IMG/VR virus record: IMGVR_UViG_3300036985_000346
Span: 1 to 60,673 of that record
DNA length: 60,673 bases
Strand: one strand, 5' to 3'
Source: a virus
Lineage: Duplodnaviria; Caudoviricetes
In this document: piece by piece, positions 41,969-51,770 of the stretch
Layout: every line of letters begins with the position of its first letter
Position numbering within the stretch: position 1 is the stretch's first letter
The notes under the pieces: model-generated
What the model was told of the DNA's origin: nothing
The model's input: only the letters and a program-made list of their open reading frames with translations
Databases searched by the model: none
Position numbers and translations under genes: made by a program

Positions 41969-42168
41969 TGTGGATAACTTTTTTTGTGAATCAAATGATT
42001 GGTGGTATCAAATTTCGCTGCATCGGTCGGTAACAGGTAACCCCATCTAAAGATGGGGGTTACCGAAAGTTACCGAAAACCGCTGTTTTTGCCCAATGTA
42101 ACAGTTACGTTTTTTTACGTTACAGTTACCAGTTACCGACTTAGTGCTTGTGGATAACTTGTGGATAA
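41969..42168. promoter_or_regulatory. Putative replication origin B: three DnaA boxes plus GGTAAC/GTTAC(C) iterons around CCCCATCT-AA-AGATGGGG
   Basis: TGTGGATAA at 41969, 42149, 42160; nine GTAAC/GTTAC copies in 42029-42137. Confidence 0.7.
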
Positions 42169-42174
42169 CTTTGA

Positions 42175-44190
42175 TCATCGTTCTGACTTTCTGATCAACA
42201 TTGCGCTTGCTTGAGTTTCATCAATCACTGTCCATCCATGTTCGAAGGCCTCAATTATTTCGGCCACCAACATGTCTGCGATTGGTTTTCCTGGCACGCT
42301 TGGCTTGATGTATTGCTTGGCTGAAGTCTCGCTGACGTTCATTTTCTGGATCAAATAGTCCATCATGGCCGACCTACTTAGATAGGGTAAACCATTACGT
42401 TCTTCAGCTCCTGACGACCACCATGCGTTCTCGAAAGTCTTGCGATGGCTGTCGATCTTGCTGTCTTTCTTGGCCACGATTGGGGCTTGAGCTTGGACGA
42501 TCACAGCGCTGGTCACTTGTTGGTCGTCTTCATCGCGCCAGCCAGGGATGGCCACTTGTTGCAGCTCAACGTGAATTGTCTCGGCCAGTTCTGCGTCTTT
42601 GGACTTGCGCTGCACGATCTGCATGGGAACGCCTTCCTTGCCTGGCACGATGCTGATCTCGATGTCCAGAGCACCTCGCCATGCGCTTGAGCCTCGTGCT
42701 CGGTGCTGTGCTTCGTCTGACACGCCTGTGTGGTGCACCAAGATCACCGAGCAGTTGAATTCCATCATGAGCGCGTTGCATGCGTCCAGCATGGTCTTGG
42801 CATCTTGGGCACTGTTTTCATCGCCTGATAAGAATCGGTGCAGGGTGTCGACCACAATCACGCTTGGCCGGTCTTTGAGCATTCTGACCTGCTCGACGAC
42901 TTTGAGGTAGCCGGTCGGTGTGTTCAGGTCGCAGCCATCTTTTGAGAGCCACATGGCCAGCTTGCCTGCTTGGTGGTGGTGCTTCCATGCAGCGACCCTG
43001 CCGCGCAGACCGTGGTGGCCTTCACCGGCCAGATAGACCACATTGCCTTGGCGCACTTTGTGGCCTGCCCAGTCCTCGATGCCGCTGGCCATGCGCAGGC
43101 ACCAGTCGAGCACCACGAATGTCTTGCCTCCACCGCTTGGGCCGTGAACCATCACCAAGGCTTGGGACTGAATCCAGCGCTTGACGAGCCAGCTGATGGG
43201 GCTGGGCTGTGCGCAGAAGTCGTCGGCTGGAATTAGCCAGTCGTCTTTGACTGGCATCAGGAGGCCTGCGAGGTCGTGGCCAGCCTGTGCATAATCGTTG
43301 GCATCACCGAGTATCGGAGGCATAACCATGCGTGCACCGTACTTGGCGCTGGCCTGTTCTGCGTATCGTTGGCCGACACCAGAGTTGTCGTGGTCTGCGA
43401 CGATCACGATGTCTTGAGTTGCTCCATACATTTGCCTGAGTGTGCCAGTGACCGGCACCAGATTGCTGGCGCTGTAAGCCACCACGACTGGCCTGTCGGT
43501 GGTTTCGTGAATGGTGGCTGCCGTTGCGAAGCCCTCGGCCACGAACAGTGTGCCAGGCTCATCAAGTGAGCCTACCATCCAGAACTTGCCGCCTGTCTGA
43601 CCGCCTGGGTGGTAGAGCTTGCCGCCTTCGTGGTCGATGTACTGCAAGGTGGCCAGAGTGCCATCGCTGTCGTAGAGTGGCAGCACCAGTCGACCGTCTC
43701 CTGTTGCCCTTGCACCATGCACACCAATTGCCTTCTTGGACAGGTATGGGTGATCGGGAAGTGCTGCCTGTGCGCCTGTCCAGATTTTCTCGACCGTGTC
43801 GCTGGCCACTTGGTGCTGGCGCTCGAGTGCTGCGTCTCGCAAGGCTTTGGCCTCGGCCAGTCGCTTGGCGTGTGACATTTCCTCGGTCTGTGTGAGTTTG
43901 CGTCCTATGTCTGCACGCCATGTCACTTCCATGCCTGCTCGCCAGCAGCCGAACCGACCGGCTGGGATGCCATCACCAAACACCAGATACCAGCCTGGCT
44001 TGTCACCGTGGCCAGGCGAGCCTTTGGTGCCTGACCGGAATCTGTGAATCTTGCCATCGAAGTGGATTTCCTCTGGTGGCTCAAGCCCTGCCGCACGCAT
44101 TGCGTCAATGAGCTGTGTCTCTGGTGGTGCGACGAGCTTTTCTGGTGGTGGTGCCCAAGGGCCACCAAGTACTTTGGAAAGATCAGCCAT
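42175..44190 (-). CDS. Primase-helicase B
   Basis: Homolog of 10001-12016 with divergent last ~65 aa. Confidence 0.85.
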   Translation of the reverse strand: MADLSKVLGGPWAPPPEKLVAPPETQLIDAMRAAGLEPPEEIHFDGKIHRFRSGTKGSPGHGDKPGWYLVFGDGIPAGRFGCWRAGMEVTWRADIGRKLTQTEEMSHAKRLAEAKALRDAALERQHQVASDTVEKIWTGAQAALPDHPYLSKKAIGVHGARATGDGRLVLPLYDSDGTLATLQYIDHEGGKLYHPGGQTGGKFWMVGSLDEPGTLFVAEGFATAATIHETTDRPVVVAYSASNLVPVTGTLRQMYGATQDIVIVADHDNSGVGQRYAEQASAKYGARMVMPPILGDANDYAQAGHDLAGLLMPVKDDWLIPADDFCAQPSPISWLVKRWIQSQALVMVHGPSGGGKTFVVLDWCLRMASGIEDWAGHKVRQGNVVYLAGEGHHGLRGRVAAWKHHHQAGKLAMWLSKDGCDLNTPTGYLKVVEQVRMLKDRPSVIVVDTLHRFLSGDENSAQDAKTMLDACNALMMEFNCSVILVHHTGVSDEAQHRARGSSAWRGALDIEISIVPGKEGVPMQIVQRKSKDAELAETIHVELQQVAIPGWRDEDDQQVTSAVIVQAQAPIVAKKDSKIDSHRKTFENAWWSSGAEERNGLPYLSRSAMMDYLIQKMNVSETSAKQYIKPSVPGKPIADMLVAEIIEAFEHGWTVIDETQASAMLIRKSER

Positions 44191-44365
44191 GCGTCACCGC
44201 CTGCCTGTCAAAGTAAGCAAGTAGCCTGCGCACAGTTTCGTACTTCGGCTCTGTCTTGCCTTCTTTTAGGCGGTACAGCGCATTAGGATGGACACCAGCT
44301 TCACGAGCAACAACTTGCAGATTTCGGTCTGCGAGCATGGCTCTGAGTTTTTCAAGTTCAGGCAT
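44183..44365 (-). CDS. Cro-like HTH regulator B (60 aa)
   Basis: VVAREAGVHPNALYRL; AGGGG RBS before ATG 44365. Confidence 0.75.
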   Translation of the reverse strand: MPELEKLRAMLADRNLQVVAREAGVHPNALYRLKEGKTEPKYETVRRLLAYFDRQAVTHG

Positions 44366-44401
44366 TTTTTTACCCCTTTCAAAATTTATTTGCGTTTGGT
44401 G

Positions 44402-44434
44402 TTGACACTTTACCATATTTTGAGTTAAAGTCTA
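44402..44434. promoter_or_regulatory. Overlapping divergent promoters
   Basis: Rightward TTGACA-N18-TAAAGT; leftward TAGACT-N16-TAAAGT with TG extension. Confidence 0.55.
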
Positions 44435-44486
44435 GCCACACCTCGAACTGATTCCCAGACGGAGGTGCAAAAAAAAGGAGAGCCAC

Positions 44487-45164
44487 ATGGCTATCAATTT
44501 GAAGTCAACAGGCAGCTTGTCTGCCAATGGAGTGAAGTTGCTGGTGTACGGCCAAGCCGGTGCAGGTAAGACCACTTTGGTCAAGACCTTGCCCAATGTG
44601 ATCGTGCTGTCAGCTGAGGGTGGTTTGTTGTCCATTCAGGACGCTGATCTGCCCTACATTGAGATCGCCAGCATGGACGATTTGCGCGAGGCATTCACAT
44701 GGTGCCGAGACAGCAAGGAGGCCGCTGGGTTTCAATCGGTCGCGCTGGACTCGATCAGCGAGGTGGCCGAGGTGGTGCTGTCGCATGAGATGAAGAAGTC
44801 CAAGGATGGCCGCGCTGCTTATGGCGAGATGAACAGCACCATGCAGGAGCTGATTCGCGCCTTCCGCGATCTGCCAGGAAAGCATGTCTTCATGTCGGCC
44901 AAACTGGAGAAGTCCACCGACGAGATGGGCAAGATGCTCTACAACCCAGGCATGCCAGGCAAGAGCTTGACACAAGGCCTGCCTTACTTCTTTGATGAAG
45001 TGCTGGCGCTGCGTGTCGAGCGTGATGCCGAAGGCGTGACTCAGCGTGCTTTGATGTGCGACTCTGATGGCCTTTGGTTGGCCAAGGATCGCTCTGGCAA
45101 GCTGGAGGCATGGGAAGCGCCTGATCTGGGTGCAATCATTGCCAAGATCGGGGGCAAAGCATGA
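44487..45164 (+). CDS. AAA_24/Sak4-like ATPase B
   Basis: Homolog of 12317-12994. Confidence 0.8.
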   Translation: MAINLKSTGSLSANGVKLLVYGQAGAGKTTLVKTLPNVIVLSAEGGLLSIQDADLPYIEIASMDDLREAFTWCRDSKEAAGFQSVALDSISEVAEVVLSHEMKKSKDGRAAYGEMNSTMQELIRAFRDLPGKHVFMSAKLEKSTDEMGKMLYNPGMPGKSLTQGLPYFFDEVLALRVERDAEGVTQRALMCDSDGLWLAKDRSGKLEAWEAPDLGAIIAKIGGKA

Positions 45165-45565
45165 CCGCCAAGGTATTGCCCAATGACATGAACGAGCTGG
45201 CCAGCATGTGGCTGGCTGCCAAGAAGCAGGAAGAAGATGCAACAGCGGATCGACGCGATATTGAAGACCACATCAAGAAGCTGGCAACCATTGCCGAAAA
45301 CCTTGATGGCACAGAGACCGTCGAGCCTGGTCGTTTCGAGATCAAGATCGTTGGCCGCATCGACCGAAAAGTCGACGGAGACAAAGTGCAAGAGCTTGCC
45401 GCTGAGTTCGGTCTGACCGATCACTTGGCCAAGTTGTTTCGCTGGAAGCCTGAGATCAACATGGCGATCTGGAAGGCAGCAGATGAGTCCATCACCAAGC
45501 CGCTTGCGGCTGCAATCACGGCCAAGCCTGGCCGCCCATCTTTCAAAATCATCCCCAAGGAGTAA
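45161..45565 (+). CDS. Conserved hypothetical protein B
   Basis: Homolog of 12991-13395. Confidence 0.75.
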   Translation: MTAKVLPNDMNELASMWLAAKKQEEDATADRRDIEDHIKKLATIAENLDGTETVEPGRFEIKIVGRIDRKVDGDKVQELAAEFGLTDHLAKLFRWKPEINMAIWKAADESITKPLAAAITAKPGRPSFKIIPKE

Positions 45566-45568
45566 ATC

Positions 45569-46069
45569 ATGGCTTTTTTAAACGAAGAATTCAACGTCAA
45601 CGAACTGCCCCAAGGCAATGGCAACTTTGAGCCTTTGCCTGCTGGCTGGTACACCGCCACCATTTCTCAGTCTGAGCTGAAGGCAACTAAGGCTGGCAAT
45701 GGCCAGTACATCAAACTGCGATATGACATCACTGGCCCGAGCCATCAAGGTCGTGTGGTGTTTGGAAACTTGAACATTAAGAATCCAAACCCCAAGGCCG
45801 AGGAGATTGGTCGCCAGCAGCTGGGTGACATCATGCGTGCCATTGGCTTGGCCAAAGTGACCGACACCGACCAGTTGATCGGTGGTCAGATTGCCATCAA
45901 GCTGGAGGTCAAGGAGGACGCTCAGTACGGTGCAAGCAATGAGGTCAAGGGCTTTAAGTCTGTGTCCGGTAGCGTAGCGCCAGCGGCCAATGTGCCGCCA
46001 TTTGTGAAGCAGGCTGAGGCTGCTCAGGCAACACCTGCCAAGGCCGCACCGCCTTGGGCTAAGAAGTAA
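45569..46069 (+). CDS. Putative SSB (DUF669-like) B
   Basis: Homolog of 13399-13893. Confidence 0.75.
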   Translation: MAFLNEEFNVNELPQGNGNFEPLPAGWYTATISQSELKATKAGNGQYIKLRYDITGPSHQGRVVFGNLNIKNPNPKAEEIGRQQLGDIMRAIGLAKVTDTDQLIGGQIAIKLEVKEDAQYGASNEVKGFKSVSGSVAPAANVPPFVKQAEAAQATPAKAAPPWAKK

Positions 46070-46134
46070 AAAAGAAAAAGCCCAGCCCTGATGGTCAGGA
46101 GCTGGGCAAAGTTGCAACTACAAAGGAGAAACCC

Positions 46135-47160
46135 ATGAAGATTCCCGAGTCAGAGCATAACATTCAGGCGCTAATTGACAAGCACCATGAGGCTATTGCT
46201 GAGGTGCCGCGCCCACATCTTGGAGCCAGTACGCTTGGCCATGTGTGTGATCGGTGGCTGTGGCTGTCGTTTCGCTGGGCTGTGCAGCCGAGCTTCCCTG
46301 GTCGAATCCTGCGTCTGTTCAGGCGTGGCCACCAAGAGGAGGCCAACATCATCAGCGACTTGCGTGCCATTGGTATCGATGTGCGCAAGGTGTCGAGCCA
46401 GCACCGTGTGGACTTTGGCAGCCATGTGTCTGGCTCGATTGATGCCATCATCGACAAGGGTGTTCCAGAAGCGCCCAAGACCAAGCACATTGCCGAGTTC
46501 AAAACCGCATCAAAAAAGGCGTTTGACGATCTGGAGAAGAATGGCGTGGAGAAGTCCAAGCCTGAGCACTTTGTGCAGATGCAGGTCTACATGGCTGGCA
46601 CTGGCATCGATCGTGCGCTGTACTTGACTGTCTGCAAGGATGATGACCGCATCCACACCGAGCGCGTGAAGTTCGACAAGGATGTAGCAGGTAAGGCAAT
46701 CGAGCGTGGCCAGCGCATTGCTTTGACTGATCGCATGCCTGAGCCGATCAGCTCGGATGCGAGCTGGTATCAGTGCAAGTTCTGCGATGCGCATGAGTTC
46801 TGCCACCAGAGCAAGACCACCAAGCATGTGAACTGCCGAACTTGTGCTTTGGCCACAGCGATGCCTGACTCGACTTGGCACTGCGCCAAGTGGGATGCTG
46901 TGATTCCTTTAGATTCTCAGCGCACCGGCTGTGAAGGCCATGTCCTGCACCCTGATCTGGTGCCTTGGCAGCGCAAGGATGGGCCTGACGAGTTCACCGC
47001 TGTGTACGAGATCAATGGCGTGAATCTGGCCAATGGCGATCCTGAGCAGGAGGGTGTCTACGGCTCCAAGGAGTTGCTGGCCAATTCAAATGCCTGCGCC
47101 AGCGGTGATTCGTTCATTGCTGAAATGCGCAAGGACTTTGGTGGAAGGATTGTGGGATGA
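46135..47160 (+). CDS. Cas4-like exonuclease B
   Basis: Homolog of 13972-14997. Confidence 0.8.
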   Translation: MKIPESEHNIQALIDKHHEAIAEVPRPHLGASTLGHVCDRWLWLSFRWAVQPSFPGRILRLFRRGHQEEANIISDLRAIGIDVRKVSSQHRVDFGSHVSGSIDAIIDKGVPEAPKTKHIAEFKTASKKAFDDLEKNGVEKSKPEHFVQMQVYMAGTGIDRALYLTVCKDDDRIHTERVKFDKDVAGKAIERGQRIALTDRMPEPISSDASWYQCKFCDAHEFCHQSKTTKHVNCRTCALATAMPDSTWHCAKWDAVIPLDSQRTGCEGHVLHPDLVPWQRKDGPDEFTAVYEINGVNLANGDPEQEGVYGSKELLANSNACASGDSFIAEMRKDFGGRIVG

Positions 47161-47288
47161 ACAAACAAGGAGAATTAAATGAGTTGGCTTTATTCGCAGG
47201 CGCTGGTGGAGGAATACTTGGCGGGAAACTTCTCGGATGGCGAACAGTCTGTGCCGCCACAGCATGGAGAATTCTGAATGCTCCGTGA
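47157..47288 (+). pseudogene. Internally deleted C5 methyltransferase relic (43 aa, plus nested 32-aa frame 47179-47277)
   Basis: MNKQGELNELALFAGAGGG...RTVCA fused to ATAWRILNAP*; +1 frame MSWLYSQALVEEYL...QHGEF*. Confidence 0.85.
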
Positions 47289-48867
47289 CTACCAACAGCG
47301 CACCATCGACCAGCTATATGCGTGGTTTGAGGCTGGCAGCCACGGCAATCCATGCCTGGTGCTGCCGACCGGCTCAGGCAAGTCGCACATCGTGGCTGCG
47401 CTGTGCAAAGATGCTTTGCAGAACTGGCCAGAGACTCGGGTGCTGATGCTCACCCATGTGAAGGAGCTGATCGAGCAGAATGCTGAGAAGATGCGCCAGC
47501 ATTGGCCTGGTGCACCACTTGGCATCTATAGCGCCAGCATTGGCCGCAAGGACTTGGGTGAGCCGATCACCTTTGCCGGCATCCAGTCTGTGCGCACCAA
47601 GGCCGGTGCGCTTGGCCACATTGATCTGGTGATTATCGACGAGTGCCACTTGGTCAACCACAAGGACGAGGGTGGCTATCGCAAGCTGCTTGGCGAGTTG
47701 AAGGCCATCAATCCGCACCTGCGTGTGATTGGCCTGACCGCTAGTCCATACAGACTTGGACATGGCCTGATCACTGACAAGCCTGCACTTTTTGACGACA
47801 TCATTGAGCCGGTCAGCATCGAGGAGCTGGTGTTCAAAGGATATTTGGCCACGCTTCGCTCCAAGATCACCAAGGCCAAGCTGGATGTGACTGGCGTGAA
47901 GAAGCGTGGTGGCGAGTTCATCGAGTCCGAGTTGCAGGCCGCTGTGGACACCGACGACAAGAATCAGGCCGTGGTGCATGAGGTCATGGCCTTGGCCGGT
48001 GAGCGTAAGGCGTGGCTGTTTTTCTGTGCTGGCGTGAAGCATGCCGAGCACGTGGCCGAAGTCCTGCGCCAGCATGGTGTGACCGCTGAGTGCGTGACTG
48101 GCGAGACACCAAAGAAAGAGCGCGAGCGCATGCTGGCAGACTTCAAGGCAGGCCGTGTGCGTGCGCTCACCAATGCCAATGTGCTGACGACCGGATTTGA
48201 CTATCCAGACATCGATCTGGTGGTGATGCTTCGCCCGACCATGAGCGCCAGTTTGTATGTGCAAATGGCAGGCCGTGGCATGAGGGTCAAGAGCCACATC
48301 GATCACTGCCTAGTGCTCGACTTTGCTGGTGTGGTCGAGTCGCATGGCCCGATCACCAATGTGCAGCCACCAAAGAAGGGTGGCGATGGCAATGGAGAGG
48401 CACCAGTCAAGGTGTGCGATCACTGCGGTGAGTTGGTGCACATCTCGGTGATGGTTTGCCCTTCATGCGGTGAGCAGTTTCCTGAGCCTGTCAAGAAGTC
48501 GATGGTGCTGCGCAACGACGACATCATGGGTCTGGATGGCCAAGAGCTTGAGGTGACGAGCTGGACATGGCGCAAGCACATCAGCAAGGCCTCTGGCATC
48601 GAGATGCTGGCCGTGACGTACTACGGAGGCCTGAGCGACACACCGATCACCGAGTACTTGCCAATCATGCACGAGGGGTATGCCGGTCAGCGTGCGATGA
48701 GCCAGCTGCTCAGTATTGCCAACAGCGCCAGCATTGTGCCTGGTGGTCTGAATGTGAAGACGCTCGAAGACATGGTGCAGAACATGAACAATGCCACGCC
48801 ACCAGAGTGGATCGAGTATCGCAAGGATGGAAAGTTTTTTAGGGTAATGAAAAGGAGTTGGGAATGA
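47278..48867 (+). CDS. SF2 helicase B
   Basis: Homolog of 15825-17414. Confidence 0.9.
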   Translation: MLRDYQQRTIDQLYAWFEAGSHGNPCLVLPTGSGKSHIVAALCKDALQNWPETRVLMLTHVKELIEQNAEKMRQHWPGAPLGIYSASIGRKDLGEPITFAGIQSVRTKAGALGHIDLVIIDECHLVNHKDEGGYRKLLGELKAINPHLRVIGLTASPYRLGHGLITDKPALFDDIIEPVSIEELVFKGYLATLRSKITKAKLDVTGVKKRGGEFIESELQAAVDTDDKNQAVVHEVMALAGERKAWLFFCAGVKHAEHVAEVLRQHGVTAECVTGETPKKERERMLADFKAGRVRALTNANVLTTGFDYPDIDLVVMLRPTMSASLYVQMAGRGMRVKSHIDHCLVLDFAGVVESHGPITNVQPPKKGGDGNGEAPVKVCDHCGELVHISVMVCPSCGEQFPEPVKKSMVLRNDDIMGLDGQELEVTSWTWRKHISKASGIEMLAVTYYGGLSDTPITEYLPIMHEGYAGQRAMSQLLSIANSASIVPGGLNVKTLEDMVQNMNNATPPEWIEYRKDGKFFRVMKRSWE

Positions 48868-49019
48868 CAGTTGAAGAACAAATGAGCAGGATGCACAAAT
48901 TGAAAGTTTGTGATGTTTGCAATCGAGAGGCTGATCCGCTTGGCGGTGTTAGCGTGCGCACCAAGTGGCATTGCGCTCGGTGCTGGGTTAAGTTGATGCA
49001 GCGGGGTAGTAAGTCATGA
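48864..49019 (+). CDS. Small Zn-finger protein (51 aa), B only
   Basis: Hand-translated CDVC...CARC; ATGA overlaps at both ends. Confidence 0.65.
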   Translation: MTVEEQMSRMHKLKVCDVCNREADPLGGVSVRTKWHCARCWVKLMQRGSKS

Positions 49020-49210
49020 GCCGACCACCAGAGCCACAATTCTTGGTTGACTACCGCGAGTGGATCAAGGCTGGCCCACCCAAGTGCTGCCACACCTGCG
49101 AGATGTACGGCAATGATGGCCTGTGCACCGAGTTCTTCATGACACCGCCAGCCGAGTTTGCTGCTGAGGTGGATGCCTGCCCTAAGTGGGAGCCAGAATG
49201 TCCGTTCTAG
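49016..49210 (+). CDS. Small Cys-rich protein B
   Basis: Homolog of 17411-17608. Confidence 0.7.
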   Translation: MSRPPEPQFLVDYREWIKAGPPKCCHTCEMYGNDGLCTEFFMTPPAEFAAEVDACPKWEPECPF

Positions 49211-49560
49211 ACCGCATACCAACCGAGCATGAGGAGCAGCGCGAGCTGGTGCGTTGGTTTCGCCAGACTTGGCCAGGCGTGCGCATCTTTGCCATTCCCA
49301 ATGGTGGCGCTCGAAGTCCGGCCACCGCTGGCCGCTTGAAGGCCGAGGGTGTGTCTTCTGGCGTGCCTGATCTGTTCATTCCTGCTTGGGGTCTTTGGGT
49401 GGAAATGAAGCGCAGCAAGGGTGGCAGCCTGAGTGCCGAGCAGAAAGACTGGATTGCATATCTTGAAAGTGTGAGATTCTGTTGTATAGTGGGAAAAGGT
49501 GCTGATGATGCCAAGGGCAAACTTCAGGCCTTTTTCAACCAACACAAGGACAATTTATGA
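49198..49560 (+). CDS. VRR-NUC nuclease B
   Basis: Homolog of 17596-17958. Confidence 0.85.
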   Translation: MSVLDRIPTEHEEQRELVRWFRQTWPGVRIFAIPNGGARSPATAGRLKAEGVSSGVPDLFIPAWGLWVEMKRSKGGSLSAEQKDWIAYLESVRFCCIVGKGADDAKGKLQAFFNQHKDNL

Positions 49561-49796
49561 GCACACGCATTTATGTGGTCACCGATGTGGAGACCAACAA
49601 GCACCGTCTGATTCGCGCTGGCAACCAGGCACAAGCCATTCGGCATGCTGCCCAGACCCGATTCGACATCGAGGTCGCTGGCCAAGAGGATTTGGTCAGT
49701 TTGCTGACCAATGGCGTGCCGATCGAGCTGGCCGGTGTTCCTGCCATTGCTGACATGTTCGAGGATGCGATCACCAATGCTGGAGGGACTGACTGA
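49557..49796 (+). CDS. Hypothetical protein B
   Basis: Homolog of 17955-18197. Confidence 0.75.
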   Translation: MSTRIYVVTDVETNKHRLIRAGNQAQAIRHAAQTRFDIEVAGQEDLVSLLTNGVPIELAGVPAIADMFEDAITNAGGTD

Positions 49797-49966
49797 TGGC
49801 CACCTCAAAAATCAAAGACCGATACATGACGATCAGGCTTCCTGCCGACATCGAGCGTGAGCTGCGCAAGATGGCCGAGCGCAACACGCGCACGCTGGCC
49901 GCGCAGATTTTGCACTGCGTCAAGATGGAGATGGAGCGCCAGCAAGCACAGGAGGTCAAAGCATGA
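49796..49966 (+). CDS. Arc-like RHH protein B
   Basis: Homolog of 18197-18367. Confidence 0.75.
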   Translation: MATSKIKDRYMTIRLPADIERELRKMAERNTRTLAAQILHCVKMEMERQQAQEVKA

Positions 49967-50094
49967 AAAAGCAGATTCACATCAGCATCGAGACGCTGAT
50001 GCACAAGTGGCCGGTGTTTGGCATTGGCTTTTCTGGTGGCGAGTTCTTTGTCTCGCTGTGGCTGGTGGATGTGCGCATCTGGAGGGGCTATTGA
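49963..50094 (+). CDS. Small hydrophobic protein B
   Basis: Homolog of 18364-18495. Confidence 0.6.
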   Translation: MKKQIHISIETLMHKWPVFGIGFSGGEFFVSLWLVDVRIWRGY

Positions 50095-50582
50095 TGCAAA
50101 AAAAGAAGCGCCAGCAGCGGAGGAAGTACTACACCATCATGGACGAGATGATGGCCAGTCCAACTGAGCCATTGCCTGCTGCGCACCGCACGCACCAGCT
50201 CACCATGATGTATGAGGGCTTGAATGCAATGGAGACAGCGCCAACGCCCACCACGGACGACTGGCGTGTGGTTTCCGATGCGGTCAACCTCATGGAGACG
50301 CTGGTGCTCGACATGAAGGTCTGCGAGGATTCTGGTGGCTTGCTCATGGATGCCATTACCGCTTTGGCGGTCGCTGGCAAGCGAAACAGGGCCGGTGGCA
50401 CCATTCGTATGGATGGGGCTGGAATTCAGGCTGTACGCGCCCTTTTGCGCGACTATGCCGACCTTCTGGAAGTGTTGCCTGCTCGGGTGATGATTCGATG
50501 CCACCGATTGACCGAAAAACGACTGCATGACCTGCTCGATGGCAAGCGCAGACCGCATGATGTGGAGATCACATCGATCTAG
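50094..50582 (+). CDS. Hypothetical protein B
   Basis: Homolog of 18495-18983. Confidence 0.75.
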   Translation: MQKKKRQQRRKYYTIMDEMMASPTEPLPAAHRTHQLTMMYEGLNAMETAPTPTTDDWRVVSDAVNLMETLVLDMKVCEDSGGLLMDAITALAVAGKRNRAGGTIRMDGAGIQAVRALLRDYADLLEVLPARVMIRCHRLTEKRLHDLLDGKRRPHDVEITSI

Positions 50583-50660
50583 GGTTTGTCCCTAGTTGCA
50601 TTGATTGTGGGAAATCGTGGTAATATCTTGGCACATCAACCAACCAGCAAGGAGCTGATC

Positions 50661-50825
50661 GTGAAACATTCAAACTTCCAAACCCCGCGTAATTTTGCAG
50701 ACTGCACATGGGTGCAAGGTTATGGCAGGCCAGAGCCGCTTTGGGAGCGTGTAGCAGGCTATGTACTGGCCTTTGCCATTGGTGCTGGAATGGCCTGTCT
50801 TTTGGTGGCTTGGTGGTCTTCATGA
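50661..50825 (+). CDS. Small membrane protein B
   Basis: Homolog of 19063-19227. Confidence 0.7.
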   Translation: MKHSNFQTPRNFADCTWVQGYGRPEPLWERVAGYVLAFAIGAGMACLLVAWWSS

Positions 50826-51337
50826 CTAAAGACGAAGCATTGAAACTGGCGCTTGAGGCGTTAAAGCAGATTGATGAAGCGATGCCATTCCCTGTTGCTA
50901 AGTTGGCTCAAGCCGCCATCAAAGAAGCCTTGGCACAGCAAAAGCATTGCCAATGCCCAGAGTGCCAAGTATTACCTCACGCAAGCGACTGCGCTGTCCA
51001 CAGTGGGCCAGCTTATCCTGCTGGAGGGTGTGATTGTGGGGCACAGCCAGAGCAAGAGCCTGTGGCGTGGGCAAACCTAGATGCGTTGTCTGAGCAAATT
51101 AACTCAGTGAACTGCGGCACGGTTTACAGACTGCCATCCGAAGCGGAAGGTCGAGAGCCTCTCTACACCACCCCACCACAGCGCACATGGGTTGGGCTGA
51201 CGGATGAGGAGCAAACACAAGTTGCCTGGTCTTGCGGGGCTATGTCTGCTGACTGGCTGGAATTTGCCCGAGCCATCGAAGCCAAGCTGAAGGAGAAGAA
51301 CTGCATTACCGCAGCCACGTTAGGAGAGAAGAAATGA
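50822..51337 (+). CDS. Mosaic accessory protein (171 aa), B only
   Basis: ALKLALEAL, HASDCAVH...CDC, QEPVAW, PLYTTPPQRTWVGLTDEE, FARAIEAKLKEKN segments typical of phage accessory genes. Confidence 0.7.
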   Translation: MTKDEALKLALEALKQIDEAMPFPVAKLAQAAIKEALAQQKHCQCPECQVLPHASDCAVHSGPAYPAGGCDCGAQPEQEPVAWANLDALSEQINSVNCGTVYRLPSEAEGREPLYTTPPQRTWVGLTDEEQTQVAWSCGAMSADWLEFARAIEAKLKEKNCITAATLGEKK

Positions 51338-51597
51338 ACACCGACTTCAACGAATGGTTCAACCAGACAGATGGCTATCACATCAGGAGCAAACGCTTCT
51401 ACGAAAGTTTGGTGTCGTTTTCTAATGAAAGGCTGGCTATCAACATGGTGAAGTGGCTAGAGGCTGCGTTTGAGGCTGGTCAGGCTGCTGAAAACGAGGC
51501 TTGTGAACGTGTCACAGGTATTGCATTGCTAGGTTCCGAAAAGGCTCTGGCTGATCGAGTGCGTAAAGCCATCCGAGCAAGAAAGGAAACAACATGA
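51334..51597 (+). CDS. Hypothetical protein (87 aa), B only
   Basis: ATGA-coupled; ENEAC...AIRAR tail. Confidence 0.65.
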   Translation: MNTDFNEWFNQTDGYHIRSKRFYESLVSFSNERLAINMVKWLEAAFEAGQAAENEACERVTGIALLGSEKALADRVRKAIRARKETT

Positions 51598-51770
51598 AGA
51601 CCCAGCACTGCGACCAGTGCAAGCACGCCACCATGCGAGCGCTGCCCAAGCCTGTCCTGATCTGCGCCATGCTGCACAAGCCACGCTTTTACGCGCCGGT
51701 GTACTGGCTCAAGGATTCGTGGGGCTGGAAGCGCAAGTGTGAGGACTTTGCAAAGAAAAAGCAGCCATGA
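51594..51770 (+). CDS. Small Cys-containing protein (58 aa), B only
   Basis: Hand-translated HCDQCKH...C...KCEDF; coupled at both ends. Confidence 0.6.
   Translation: MKTQHCDQCKHATMRALPKPVLICAMLHKPRFYAPVYWLKDSWGWKRKCEDFAKKKQP

Noticed and set aside
42029-42137. GTTAC repeats as a mini CRISPR array
   Set aside because: Units are 5-6 nt, in both orientations, with irregular short spacing
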